Positions 42,561 to 57,037 of a stretch of 64,000 bases of DNA are shown here, piece by piece. The position numbers were made by a program, and so were the translations under genes. This DNA is from the human T2T-CHM13v2.0 reference genome, Homo sapiens. The stretch's first letter is position 1; the number at the start of each line of letters is the position of its first letter. Where the stretch lies: the NCBI RefSeq assembly GCF_009914755.1, contig NC_060932.1, one strand, 5' to 3'. The notes under the pieces are model-generated. The model did no database searches, was not told where the DNA came from, and saw nothing but the letters and a program-made list of their open reading frames with translations.

Positions 42561-43839
42561 TTACATAACTACTATGTATCTCTTTATGACAGTAATAAAA
42601 GGGCAGGCATAATAAGCATCAAAGGCCAAGATTGAGTGGAACAGGGATTCTCAATACAACTTATAAAAATCTTTAAACATGTTCCTACTCCAGTTTCCTT
42701 AAACTCATTTTGGAGTTATAAAGAGACTGCAATGAAAGAGATTAAAAATGTGGACTCTACATCAGTGGTCTAGCATTGGTAAAGCAGCTTTCGTAGCTTC
42801 TTGGGGGGTACTTTGTAGACAGACATCAGCTACCTAGCAGATCCCATGTGGTCAACACAAACAGAAGCAGTAATGGAGCCACCTTTAATGAGCACCAGCC
42901 GAAGCAATATTGTCTTTGCAGGGCATCTTTGAAGTGTGGCTTCAAAGCAACCTCTTTGGGCTCCAAGATGAGACTGGAGATAAGGGGGAAATGTCTAACA
43001 CTATGGCAAAGCCAAGAGGACTTTTTCACAAAATATATATGAGGTAAACCCTAAAATTACTTGACAAGAATTTTTTTTGGATATCAGTGTTCTCATAAAA
43101 TGAATTATTATGTCTGAGCTAGGAAATTATGACATTTGTGTCATGACTGTAGTTACTACAACTATTCTAGTTTTTATTATTTTTAAAGTTTCTTCCAGAT
43201 CTTATACTCTGCAATTTTTGGATATAATATTTTATATTATTAGTTCCTTCTACTCCAAATAATCACATTGAGTTGGAATCTCCAAGTCAAGAAAAGCAGA
43301 CATCATGACAATGTTAGTGTACAAGGTGTTCAAAAAATAAAGGAATAACCACGTTTGAATTTTTTTAAGTACTGATACTAAACAATAAACTGAAACGTGA
43401 GTTACCAACAGCTTCTTGTTGTTTTCCACTCTGAAAGACTAAGAAACTTTAGAATGCTTAATTGCTTCCTATGTATTAAAAGTTATGTAATTTCACATCT
43501 AGAATCATTCTATGTGAAGTCTAAGATGATCAAGAATAGGTATTAAAGCCATTTGATGACCCAACCAGCCCATGATTTTATCATTATCATTTTTTTCTCA
43601 AGAAGTGTGATGTATGCAGCTCTGTGTGGCTTCTAAGGGCAAGCTGATACCCAAAAGAAAATTACCTTTGCTGATCCTATGTCTTTCAACCACTTTTAAA
43701 CCAATTTTATCATTGGCTTATAGCCAGTAAAATTAATCATCTTCATTATAACCCCGTATATAAAATGCAACTCTCTAAGCCTTTCCACTTGATGCACTTG
43801 ATCCTACTCTTTCATTCCTGCTCAGTTCCTATATCAGCC

Positions 43840-44263
43840 TGCTTTTACAGATCAGTTCTTCCAGGCAAAAGAGTCTGAGGTGGCGAATTGCATGCAGGAG
43901 GTTTATAAGGTGGAGCTCTTCAGAGAAAGGTGAAAGAGAAGCAGAATGGAGCGGAGGGAGAGGTTGAACTATAGTACTGTTGCAATGGAGTTCTCAGCAG
44001 ATCTTATTGGGATCTATGGAATTAGAAGGGCTCTTCAGAGTTGTCCTGAATCAAAGTAAGGGGTCTGAAATCTTGTACCCTGCATTGACTAGTCATTGGG
44101 TGCAAGGGTGCTACCATACTAAAGCAGCATCCTTCAGTGAGGACAATTTCAGGAGAGAAATTCAGCTCTGAGTAGTCAGTAGACAACACTCCTGGAAGCT
44201 GGGGAAATAAGAGGCCTGGTCCTGAAGGGGAACCCTGGACAGCACATCACAGCATCCCCTACA
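43840..44263 (-). mobile_element. LTR16-like ERVL LTR
   Basis: GAGTCTGAGGTGGCGAATTGCATGCAGGAGGTTTAT, CTTCAGAGTTGTCCTGAAT, CACAGCATCCCCTACA end. Confidence 0.8.
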
Positions 44264-45351
44264 ACCTGGCTTCTAAGCTTCCTGCCTTTGTGTCCAGTGG
44301 TCAAGCCTCTCCTTCTTCTTGGTTTCCTCATTGCGATCTGATGTACTGTCTTAGACACTGCTTTGGTCTCATCCTCTGGTTCTTCTTTTTCTTCTTTTTT
44401 TTTTTTTTTTTGTTGCTATTCTAGATTGCAGAATGTACCTGCTATATTCAAAGATAAGCTAGAACAATATGACTGGGGCTTAAAAAGTTAAGGCAGAGTT
44501 GCCAATCCTCCTGCAGAGTAATTCCTCTACATTCCACTTCAAGGATTATGCATAATTAAATTGAAGGCGTTTGACTTTTCTGCCTTTATGTAACTGCCTT
44601 TCTACCTCCCTTCACTACCTCTTTACTGCAACGAAAGAAGCATTTCTGCCTCCAGGTCTTGGCTCAAGTTTTTACTTTCACGGTGATGTCCTTGTCCTAT
44701 ATTTTTGTCTAAGTATATTGCCACAGTTGAGACATTCCTCTGCCTTTAACATTTCTCCAACTTTCTTGCCTCCTTCAGACTCTTTTAGCACACATCATCT
44801 CTGTCACTCATTACACATTTAATAATATACCTTTGACTTTACCTTTTTATGCTAACTGTTCTTCATGTTAATAGCCATGAATTTCTTACGCTTAAAAAAA
44901 AGTACTCAATGCCAAACACAGCATCTTTCCTATTGCAGGTTTTAGTGGGGGCTGTTCATCTCTCACTTTATTTAGTTTCCTTGACTCTTATTTATATTTT
45001 TGCTCAAATATTACCTTTCATAAAGAGACATTCTCTGACCACCTAATGAAAGTAATTCCAATCATACTCTGCTGTTCCACCATAACTCTCTACCTCCTTA
45101 TGATGACACCTTTTTCTTCATAGCCTCTCGTCTCCTCACTATAGTCCTCCCAGTGCCAAGAAGTATACATAGTATGAGATAAATGCAATAAATATTTATT
45201 AATGAAATCACTTATTAACTGATATTTATTAACTACTCTGTGTGTGACACAGTGTTTACTAAGTGAAAAGTAAAGAGTACAATAGTTATGTTTCCTGCCC
45301 TCAGGTAGGATATAGTCCAGTTATTGAAACAAGCATTAATCAAAAAATAGT

Positions 45352-45540
45352 TTATATTTTCAAGTAACTAGAAGAGAGGATATTGAATGTTCCCAACACA
45401 AAGAAATGGTAAATGTTTGAGGTGATGGATATGCTAATTACCCAGCTCTGATTACTGTACTGTTTATGTACAGAAACATTACTGTGCACCCCATAAGTAT
45501 GTATAATCATTATGCATCAATTCAAAAATAAATTTTAAAG
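45352..45540 (+). mobile_element. L1MA 3' end inserted in L2
   Basis: CTAGAAGAGAGGATATTGAATGTTCCCAACACAAAGAAATG...GATGGATATGCTAATTACCC. Confidence 0.9.
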
Positions 45541-45619
45541 TCACACAAATAAATATATAAAGCCAATACTTTATTTTGGATGTTCCAACCGGCATCTAGA
45601 TGATACTTCTGTGCAACCC

Positions 45620-46495
45620 TTCAGATTCCTGGTGGAACATGATCCAACTCCAATGAGTCCAAAGACTTTAAAGCAAAGAATACTTCCAGAGGCATGGAAA
45701 GTGCTAAGGTAATATACAAAGAACTTGAGATGCTTGGAGACCACCAAGAGCAGAAAGCCATTGCTACCCTTAAGGGTAAAGGGTTAAGGGGAAGAAGTAG
45801 CATTATTGGAACCCTCTGAGTACTCAAGCCATGGCAAAGGGCCACACAGCAGGTGCAGTAATCAAGAAGAGATGGTGGCCACTGCAACAAAACAGCTGAA
45901 CAGGAAGTCAGGAAGATGTTTCTCAGCCTCCCTCTCTTACCCTCCTCCGTTCTACTGCTAGGGCATCCCACTGGTCAAATCCAATTGGAACCCAGGTGGC
46001 ATGAGAGTATGGATAATTATCTTAGTCTGTTCAGCTACTATAACACAATTCCATAGACTGGGTAATTTGTAAACAACAGAAATTTCTCACAGTTCTAGAG
46101 GCTGGGAAGTTCAAGATCAAGGCGCCAGCAGGTTCTGTGTCTGCGAAGAACCTGTTTCTCTTTACAGCACCTTCTTGCTATGTCTTCACATGGTGGAAGG
46201 GGAAGCAAGCCCCCTCCAACCCCTTTTAAAAGGGTGCTAATCCCATTCATAAGAACAGAGTTCTCATTACCTAATCACCTCCCAAAGGCCCACCTCTTAA
46301 TACTATTGTATTGAGGATTAAGTTTCAACATATGAATTTGGGGGGGACACCATTATTCAGACCATAGCAGTGATGAAGTCCCTAGGTGTCCATGTCCTAG
46401 GATGCACAACAGGGTACAGGAAGGTGGAGATTGGATTTGAGTGTGTGTGTGGAATGGTGGGGGGGTGGGAGGAGGCCTGGAACAGAAAATATCCA
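45620..46495 (-). mobile_element. ERVL LTR (LTR41-like) split by a MaLR LTR
   Basis: CAGAAAGCCATTGCTACCCTTAAGG, CCCACTGGTCAAATCCAATTGGAACCCAG, GAAGGTGGAGATTGGATTTGAG. Confidence 0.6.
46018..46369 (-). mobile_element. MSTD/MLT1A-like solo LTR
   Basis: TCTTAGTCTGTTCAGCTACTATAAC...CCTAATCACCTCCCAAAGGCCC...ATTCAGACCATAGCA. Confidence 0.9.
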
Positions 46496-46669
46496 GGAAG
46501 ACTTGGAAGGGCTGAAAAATATAGTACTAGAAATTGATATGCCCCCCTCCCAATCCTATCACTCAGGAGTACAATGTTAGCACCTTGACAAATACCCTAT
46601 AAAAGACAAACTCGAGTCACTTGTTTCACACAGTTTTAATGTTTAATTGCGTAAGTTTTATTCTCATAA

Positions 46670-47072
<403 letters not shown>

Positions 47073-47718
47073 GTATTTTCTCTTAAATCTAGAAAATTCT
47101 TTTTCCTCCAGAGAATTTCATGGTGAAATAATTGACTGATTATGATTCTGTGGAAAGAATAAAAAACTAGTCCCAAAATAATCATTATGTAGAAACTTCT
47201 ATGTTAAAAACAGCAAATATTAAAGGTGATATTGTACTGAATAATTTAAATAAGGGTTATTATGTTACATATATTTTTCCAAGTCTCTGTGTTATTTCTG
47301 ACAGTTTATTGGAACAGGAGGTTTCATTCTTCCTCTAAGTCCCTGTGTCAGTTATTAAGCCATTGTCTCTGAGCTCTGTACCTACCCATTTGTATTCTGC
47401 TTTGCAATGCTCAGGCTGGAAATTCTTCAAGCTACACTTTTTCTTTAAAGTTGTTAAACTCTGCCATTAGGATGAAGATGAAAAGGCAGATAAAGGGAGA
47501 GAGACCCATTAGCGCTTCCTGTCTCTATCAGCATCATCCCAGCAGTCACAGATCATTCCAGTAGCAGTCGGTTCCAGTTTTCACCCTTTTGCTCACTCCA
47601 AGACCAGCATCCTTGTAACTCTTAAGAGATACCAGCACCAATCAAACAGCATAATCTCCCTGGAGAGGTGAGTCTCAGATTCAGAAAGCCCCTCCTCTAA
47701 GCTTCTAGATTCCAGTAA

Positions 47719-48112
<394 letters not shown>

Positions 48113-48254
48113 TGAAATGTTTGTTTTTCAGTGCCGTAAAGAAATAGCACTTGAACATTAATTTATTTAGTAAGGCCATTTTTACTTCCTGCAGAAAGGG
48201 TACACTTGCCAGCAGTTTTGCCAGCAGACTACACGGAACAAAGGAGACAGGGTC

Positions 48255-48341
48255 ATTTATAACCTGACGCGTCCACCCTGTGCTGTGTCCGGTTTCCATT
48301 GGCTGGAATGGGACCTCACATTCTGTATTTGTCCCTATTGG
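48255..48341 (-). promoter_or_regulatory. LTR promoter core: two CCAAT boxes, CRE-like site, TATA box
   Basis: Minus strand CCAAT (48337-41), CCAAT (48298-302), GACGCGTCA (about 48265-73), TTATAAAT (48255-62), in promoter order. Confidence 0.55.
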
Positions 48342-48814
48342 CTAGCAACTTAGAACTTTTTAAAAGAGGCAAAGGTAGAGGAGAACAAAGGAAGGAGGAA
48401 GTAACTTGTGGAATGCTGAGAGAGGTAAAAACACTTTTAAATAAGGAAGAGGAACAGGCTATGATCTAATGCTTCCTTGGATCAGTATAAGCAAATATTT
48501 AGGCTAAATTGTGGGAGCTAAGAACATAAAGTATATTGATTTCTTTATTACGGCTAGCACATATTTAAGAATGTTAGCACAGGTCTTTGAATAAATTTTG
48601 CTTCTAAGAGAAGTTACTATTTATTCCTAATTAGACAGGAAGGAAAGTCTTTGAAGAGGAACCTCTACTTTACTTTTTACACTATGCTACCTTATTGCTC
48701 CCTTTTCACTTCTTCAGTTCCTCATAGATGGTTAACCAATTCCCTGTATTAAATCCTTTCTTAAAATAACTTGTGTGATTTGTGTTTTCCTAACTGGACT
48801 TAACTAGACAGATG

Positions 48815-49237
48815 TGTGAAAGGAAAATATTTGGCGTTCCCCAAAATCACTAAGCTAAATGGAAAATTCAAGCTGGGAACTGCTCAGGGCAAATCTGTCT
48901 CCTATTGTATTCAAAGTCATCCCTCTGCTCAATGAGATGGATGCATATTCTGATTGCCTCCTTTGGAAAGGTGTATCGGAAGGTCAAGAGAATGCAACCA
49001 TTTGTCTCTCACCCACCTGTGACCTGGAAGCCCCCTCCCTGCTTTGAGTTGTAATTCTTATAGCTATTGATTGAAGTCTCATGTCTCCCTAAAATATATA
49101 AAACCAAGCTGTGCCCCAACCACCTCGGGCACATGTCATCAGGACTTCCTCATGCTGTGTCACGGGCGTGTCCTTAACCTTGGCAAAATAAACTTTCTAA
49201 ATTAACTGAGACCTGTCTCAAATTTTGGGGGTTCACA
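48815..49237 (+). mobile_element. MER4A-like ERV1 solo LTR
   Basis: TGTGAAAGGAAAATA...CCCAAAATCACTAAGCTAAA...TATATAAAACCAAGCTG...AATAAAC...GGTTCACA; TSD GATG. Confidence 0.93.
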
Positions 49238-49399
49238 GATGCAATCGTCACTGTGCCATTACCCTCATCTCCCTTCCCTAACTCAACCCAACCCATATTT
49301 TTTAAGACGGGAGCAGTAATTGTTATAGCTATAAATGTACCATTTCATATAGCTTGAGAATCCCAAAGAAATCCAGAAACCAAGTTTATTTGTGCATTG

Positions 49400-50130
49400 T
49401 CTATGTGTCAGGTGTTGTCCTCAGTGTGATAGGAAGTATCTGTGTCATCACAAACCCACAATCTTGTAGGGAAGGCAAATTTTAAAAGTGTTGTGGGGGT
49501 GTGGAATAAGCTACCATGAAATGCAAAGTCACGTATATCCATGACATGTGATATTGAAGAAAGAAGTGCTTCATGCAGGAGGCAGGGCTTGACCTTTCTC
49601 AATGGATGCAAGAAGGTAATCAAAAGATTGAAAAACCAGAGGGTATTATGAGCAGAAGAACAATTTGAGACAAAAGGTGGAAGCAATACTTAAAATGGAA
49701 ATAACATTTTTATTAATTCATTTGCTCCATTGATTCATCTACTCATTTATCTCACACATTTTTATGTACCTTTTCTATGCGAGGCCTCTGAGATTAATGC
49801 GAGGCCCTGAGATACACTGGTGAACCAAAACAGATATACCTCTGCCCCTGTGAGGTTCATATTCCAGTAGGAGAAACAAAGTTAATCAAATAATCATGTT
49901 CACAAACGTGTAATTGTCATTGTGCTGTGTCCCATAAAGAAAGGTTTATAGAGATATGGGAAGTTGGAATTGATGTAATGAAGCAAAAAGGAGAGGGAAT
50001 AGTCTTCCAGGTCAAGCACTTGGCATGTGTGAAGAGGCATGGGGAGAAGGAGAAGCAGCTACAAGAGCCTGGAAGAGAAGCTGATGCCTGGATGGAGTGG
50101 GGAGCAGGGATCCTTAGGTGCTATGGAATG
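49400..50130 (-). mobile_element. L2 fragments
   Basis: ATTCATTTGCTCCATTGATTCATC tail, CTCTGCCCCTGTGAGGTTCATATTCCAGTAGG. Confidence 0.7.
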
Positions 50131-50157
50131 ACTTCCATTGTTATGTTACTATGCTCA

Positions 50158-50220
50158 TATTGCAGTTTTGCCATTTAAAGTAATTGCAAAAGCTGCAATT
50201 ACTTTTGCGCCAACCTAATA
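50158..50220. mobile_element. MADE1 (one end truncated)
   Basis: ATTGCAGTTTTGCCATT...GCAATTACTTTTGCGCCAACCTAATA. Confidence 0.88.
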
Positions 50221-51613
50221 ATTGGAAGCACTGGAACTCAATGGATACAGGAAACCAATGAAAAACAGGAAGTAGCCCTTGGTCAGGGTTTCAGCCCCAG
50301 AAAATAATATTCCAGGCCACAAGCTGAGAAAACAGAGAAGATGACTCCCAACCCCTGTGTGCTATGGGGGAATGTTGCTCACTAATGATTCCACAGGGGA
50401 GAAAGAAACAGAAGCAGAATTTGCTGTGGAAAGGAGGGACTACCTCTCTCCAGCAGGACTTTTTAATTTCACGCACAGAGTAAAGCCATGCTCGACTCCT
50501 TTGCTGACGTATCCTGTTGGATTCCAAAATACATGAATTTATGAAGTAAATTCATATAACAGATGAGTTAGTTATAGAAAATGGTTTGAGCATTTGGCAT
50601 AATTAGTGTAAATATTGCATGCAATATAAAAATAATCTTATACCTTCTTTATTTAAAACAGGTTTAATTAATGTCAAGTGCTGTAACAAGTGGTAATCTC
50701 TGCTCCTTGCTTCTCTCCTCACACTGTGTGGAAATGCTCCCTGCTGTCTTGTTTACCTGCAGACTTTAGAGTCTAAATGCACAGGAGGGAGTTTATATTT
50801 TATTTCAAAACCTTTCTCTTTTCTTTCCTTCAGAGATGGCTTATTTCTTTCAGCAAGAGAAACTATTCCCAAAGCCCCTTGAAAATTCCTTTCTTGTAGA
50901 CAAGTTCTGCGTCTTGCACTCCTTGCAATGACCTACACGGACCCACTCCAGGTTGACGGGCCTAACCATCAGGAGCAGGAATGTAGGTCATCTTTCTTGG
51001 CCACTACTTAACAACTGGACTCCTTTCTCCTCTCATTCTGCCTTTAGATTGACTCCACAGGGATCCTAAACAAGATAAGAAACTGGTCGGGGTGTCAAAA
51101 GCAAATGTCAAGAAAACAGAGAGAATTGTATTAGGCTTACAAAATAGCCAGGAGGGATTCTTCTGTGAGCTGCCTGCCTTCCTTCTGAATGAAAAGGCAT
51201 ACCTATTTGGCATCCTCAGCTTTACATGGGCAAAGGGGCTAAAATTATGGAGGAAAGTGTCTCTCTGTCTGTTAAACATTGATATCATATTTTATATTTT
51301 CTAAAACAGTACATTCATTTTCTTAGTGATCTGCAATACAGTATTTTAAGACAGATAATGGAGAAGTTTTCAGAGTCGCTCTTCAAATAAAATTCACTTT
51401 ATCTCTTGGCTGGTGGTTGAATACCGTCACAGAAAGTAATGTGTTATATTCCAGTTTCTTGTAGTATTCAGGAAAATAGTTAAGGTATTTACCAGGTAAT
51501 AGGGCATTAACAGCATGAATGATTGACTGGGAAAGGCCAGTTACTTAACATTGCCGTACCAAAGATTTAGAGAAGTGTTATCTGCCTGGTTTTTCTATCT
51601 TGTTTAACAGTTT

Positions 51614-52016
51614 TGTTAAATGAAAAATTTAGGACAAATTAAATTTAACAGCATTTAATTGATCAAAGAACAATTCACAAATACACCAGCCCCTAGAACC
51701 AAAATAGGTTCAGGGCAACTCCAGGGCTGCCACATGGTCAGATAATAGTTACAGACAGAAAAAGGAAAGTCATATACAGAAAATAGAAGTAAGGTACAGA
51801 AACAGCTGGGTTGGTTACAGCACACCATTTGTCTTATTTTAACTCGGTTGGAACAGTTAGCTGCCTGTGATTGGACAAAACTCTGTGATTGGCACAAGAG
51901 TAGGTTACAGTCGGCTTCTACCTCCAGTTAACTCACAATTCACTATGTTTGCAGAAATCTTTAGGCCAAATCTAAAATATATAACAAGGCATCTTTAGGC
52001 TAAAGTTAATTTAACA
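51614..52016 (-). mobile_element. MER57B-like ERV1 solo LTR
   Basis: Minus strand TGTTAAATTAACTTTAGCCTAAAG...; tandem CCAAT boxes; TSD GTTT. Confidence 0.9.
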
Positions 52017-52769
52017 GTTTCAAACTACAGTCTTCACAAATCAGAAAGATCCAGACAAACACGAAAATCCGTTTAGATCAGAGAATTTCAATTCCAGGGT
52101 CCTTAATTTTATGAGATTATTTCTGAGCGTTATAAATCTGAAATGACTGGATGGTTTCTTTGGGAGTAATGTTAGTACTTCAAGGGTTACCTGCTGTTTC
52201 AAAAATCTATTTTCCTTTTTATTTAAACATGAAGAAAAATATTGGCATCAAAAAGTACTTTTCTTATAGTGAAGTTTCATGTTAGTACAAAATACTTTGA
52301 TTTGCTTAAAAATCATTTAATAATTCCAAATTAAAATATATTCATAATTTATGGGGACTTTTTTTAACTTACACACTGCAGCTAATCCTGATTTGTCCTA
52401 AATATAATTTATGGACATTTAGACTTTAAAATGTGTATTTGGGGTTGTGAAATTTGCTTACTATTTTTATAGAGAACTCAAGTGTCTGATTTAAAACCAA
52501 AATACTGCAAAGGAGTGAATCAAAGCTGAAGATGCTTTTAATTGCTTCTATGAAAAGCTCCCTGGGCTCGGTTAAAAAAAAAAAAAGATAATAAAAAATG
52601 CATTCATGGTTAATTCTCTGTAACGTTAAAGCTTTCACAAATGAAGCAGGAATCCAGATGTCTGTGCCCTGAAACTACAGGGAACCACAGCAGGGAAAAG
52701 GAATGGTCCTTATTGTGGACACCTCAATTCTCCCACCATGTGTCAGCCTTAGGAAACTGGAAAATTTTG

Positions 52770-53058
<289 letters not shown>

Positions 53059-54269
53059 GGCAATATGTTCCCTATAGCTTCTCCTTTTACCTTTTGGCTT
53101 TTGCTATCTTCCTGCTGATTAACCGCCATCCACTCCTGAGGCCCCCACAATGCCTTCAGTCATTCAAAGACTACCTTCTGGAGCAAAGGGAGTTTTTTGT
53201 TTGTTTGTTTACTCGATAACTACTTCATGATTGGAACTTCACTTCCTCACCTTCTGTTCCGTCTGGGCTGTATACTACTGAAGCAATGAATGAATACTCA
53301 CACAATAGCATTTCTCCTGTGGTAGTTTGCCAATCTTTTAGGTCACCCATTTACCAGTTAAAATTCGGTATCTCTCAAAACTCATTAAGTGACACTAATG
53401 CTAACCATTCCAGGCCCTTTGGTAGACTTCTGGGACAGATAGTCCTTGGACCACAGAGGCAGCTACCTTGCCAGCTCTGTGTAATGCATTTTCCCTCCCT
53501 TTTATATACCTTTCCCCACCGCAACACCACCACCTATGAACAAACCTACAGAGAATTTTCTCCACAGATTTATGACAAGCCCTTCTCTGATGAAAAGGTC
53601 AAGAATCAGTTAATCAGCAAGTTAACAGCACCAATATGTTCCCTAAAATGTACTAGGCACCTTGGGGATATTAAAAAAAAGTGAAAGTATGGTTATAGGC
53701 AAGAATCCTAATCCCCTTTGGTAGCTAGAGAATAAGCTGACAGCAGGCTCTCGTGGGGGCACTTGTAATAAATGTTGAAGGAGTTAGAAGAGAGAAGAGG
53801 CTGCAGATGTATATGTATTCTATAGTGGCTTCAGTGCTTGCCCGAATGTCAGAGGAGATGCGACTTGCTCAAAGCCTCAAAAGGTGAAATTATTTGGATG
53901 GATAGTTAGTAAGTGGCCACACCAGAAGGTGCATAGACATGAAATGTGTGATTTTTTTTTAAGCCAGTGAAGTAGCCAAAAACAGTCACAGTAAAAATAC
54001 TGTGAGCCAGTCATTCTGGAATCACTGATGTTGGCACTCCTTGGAAGCACAGGTGCACAGTGAATAAAAACTCCAATAGTCCTGGGAGAATGGTCTAAAT
54101 AAGACGTGGGTTTTGAGAATTTTTTAAAAGCTGTGCCATACTTAGAGAGGTGGTCACACAGAAAAAAAGATCAAATGGTGTCTCTAGTTCTGGCGGGCTT
54201 CAGAGATTGCTACCATGCCCAGGACAGCTCTCCTGGGGCTAGTCCCACCCATTACTCAATTCTAAACCC

Positions 54270-57037
54270 ACCTCCACAAACTGGATGGCTTAAAACAACA
54301 GAAATTTATTCTGTCACAATTCTGGAGGGTAGAAATCTGAAATTAAAGTGTCCACAGGGCCGGTTCCTTCTGAGGGATCTAAGGGATAATCTGTTATATG
54401 CCTCTTTCCTAGTAGGATTTTGGCAGCAATCTTTGGCGTTCCCTGGCTTGTAGATGAAACAGTCCAATCTCTGCCTCTGCCATCTCATGGTCATCTTCTC
54501 CCTGCATTTCTGTATGTCTTCACGTCGCATTCTCCTGTGTCTATCTCTTCTTATAAGGACATCATTTGCCTTAGTTCAGGCTGCTGTAACAAAAATACCA
54601 GTGACTGGGTGGCTTAAACAGCAAATATTTATTTCTCGTAGTTCTGAAAGTGGAAAGTGTGAGATCAGGGTGCCAATATGGTTGGGTTCTTGGTGAAGTC
54701 CCTCTTACTGGTTCTGGTTTACAGAGCTCTCTTTTTGTATCCCAACATAATGGAGCGAGCAAGCGAGCGAGCGAGAATATATTCTCCCATGTCTCCTCTT
54801 AATAAGGGCACTATCCCATTCATGAGGACTCTACCCTTATGATCAAATCACCTCCCAAAGGCCCCACCCCCTAATATCATTACATTGGAGGTTGGGATTT
54901 TAACATATGAGCGTAGGACCATTCAGTCTATAGCTCCAGTCATATTGAATTAAGTTTCCACCATACTACAGTATTACCTCTTCTTAACTAACAGCATCTG
55001 TAATGACCCTATTTTCAAATAAGGCCACATTCTGGGCTACTGAGGGCTGGCACTTCAATATATCTTTTGAGGTACGCAAGACCCATAACCGTCTGCCTTC
55101 TCTGTCCCTGCACCCCAAATTCCTGTCCTTCTTGGAAGCAAAATACATTCACTTCCATCCCAACATCTTCAAAAGCCTTAACCTATTCCAGCATCAATTC
55201 TAAGTCCAAAACCTCATCTAAATATAGCCAACTAAAAAAGTACTAGCTCTCATGATCTAAATCATCCAAACTCTACCCATATACAAGTCAGATTCTAGAT
55301 AGGCTCCATCTTGTGGCAAAATTCCTCTCTCCATCTGTGGACCCGTGAAACCAAACAAGTTATGTGCTTCCAAAATGCAATGGTGGAGCAGCCATAGAAT
55401 AGATATTCCCATTCCAAAAGGGAGAAATTGGAAGGAATAAAGGAGTCACCAGTCTAAGGCAAGTTTGCAACCCCGCAGGACAAATTCCATTGGGTTCCGA
55501 GGCGTAAGACTAATTTACTGAGGCTTGATGTTCTGTCTTCTGGGACCACTAGGGCAGCACCATCCCCTCAGCTCTGGGTGGCAGCCGCATTTTCTGGAAT
55601 TAAGGAGGCAGGAGCCCTGTCCCCTGGTACTCTTTCTGGCCTCTGCATTCATAGCTGTGCCCCCTGAGTCATTCTTCCTTCATTTTATTCCATCTCTGTC
55701 CCTTTCAGTCCAGGCTGGCTGTGTTTCTGCTAGTATAAAAATCTCAAAAATTTGGTCTTTGACCCTATTGGTTGTTCTCCTGTAGATGTTGGTGTCATAA
55801 GAGATCCACACCATTAGATACAAAGACTCTCCACAGATATTTCCTGGATAACAGCATCTCTGTTCCTAGCATCTGCTGAGATGGTTGATTGGATACAAGA
55901 GTCACACACCTAATCTCTGTAGCAAACTTTTGTCTAGGCACATCCTTGACCGTTAATAGAATACGCTACCTGGATACACTAAAGTTTTTTCCAAAATATC
56001 AAGTTCTGGCTCCTTTTTGCTTACCACTTAATTCTACAATGTATCCATTTCTTCTAGTAGTTTATAATAGGCACCAAAGACAAACCAGGCTTCACCTTCC
56101 ATATTTTTCTTGGAAATCTCCCCAGCTAAATATCCAAGTTCATTACTTGCACATTCTACTTCTCACTGCTGAACAGCAGAACACAATTCAGCCAAGTTCT
56201 CGGCCACTTAATAACAAGAGCTGTGTTTCCTCCATTTTACAAAAACATGCTCCTCAGATCTGCTTGCAACCTCACCAGAGGCAGCTTTACCCTTCCTATT
56301 TTTAGTAACATTCTGTTTGTGTATTCTCTAAGATGATAGGAGCTTTCTCTGCAGCCCTCCTCACTTCTTTTTGAGCCCCAGAACTGCCTTTAATGTTCAT
56401 ATTTCTGCCAAGAGTCTCTTCAAGGCAATCTAGGCTTTTCTATCATGCACCTCAAAATTCAGCCTCTATCCATTGCCCAAGTTCAAAGCCACTTGCACAG
56501 TTTTAGGTATTTGTTACAGCAACACCCCTCTTCTTGGAACAAAAATCTGTATCAGTTTCCTAAGGCTGCTATAACAAAGTACCACAAACTGGTGCCTGAA
56601 GACAAGAGAAACTCATTGTCTCACAGTTCCAGAGTCTAGAAACCTGAAGTCAAGGTGTTGGCAGGGTTAGTTGTTTTTTTTTTTTTTTTTTTTTTGAGGG
56701 TTCTAAGGGAGAATCTGTTCCATGCATCTCTTCCAGCTGCTGACATTTATCAGCAATCCTTAGCATTCCTTGGCTTGTAGACACATCACTCCAATCTCTG
56801 CCTCTGTCATTTGATGGTCTTCTTTCCCCGCATTTCTCTGCTCCTTCAGATTCTTCTCTCCACGTGTTTCTCTCCTCTTATAAGGATGCCAGTCACGTTG
56901 AGTTTCTTCCTACTCCCTTGTGACTTCATCATAACCAATTTCATTTGCAACTCATTTTCAAATAAGATCACATGCTGAAGTACTGAGGGTTAGTACTTCC
57001 ACAGATCTTTTGGAGGGACACAATTCAACTCACAATA
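54270..57037 (-). mobile_element. MLT1C-like LTR-internal-LTR element
   Basis: Two similar MLT1C-type LTRs (54270-55090 and 56548-57037) flank about 1.45 kb of MaLR internal sequence (CAAGTTATGTGCTTCCAAAATGCAATGGTGG...CCCATTCCAAAAGGGAGAAAT; TTTTAGGTATTTGTTACAGCAACACCCC). Confidence 0.88.
54567..54934 (-). mobile_element. MLT1A-like LTR nested in the MLT1C LTR
   Basis: TGCCTTAGTTCAGGCTGCTGTAACAAAAATACCA...GAGATCAGGGTGCCA...ATTCAGTCTATAGC. Confidence 0.85.

Noticed and set aside
53286-53684. 132-aa ATG-initiated ORF
   Set aside because: No recognisable domain, no promoter or splice support, runs into L2-like sequence
55889-56305. 138-aa ORF
   Set aside because: Antisense to the MaLR internal region
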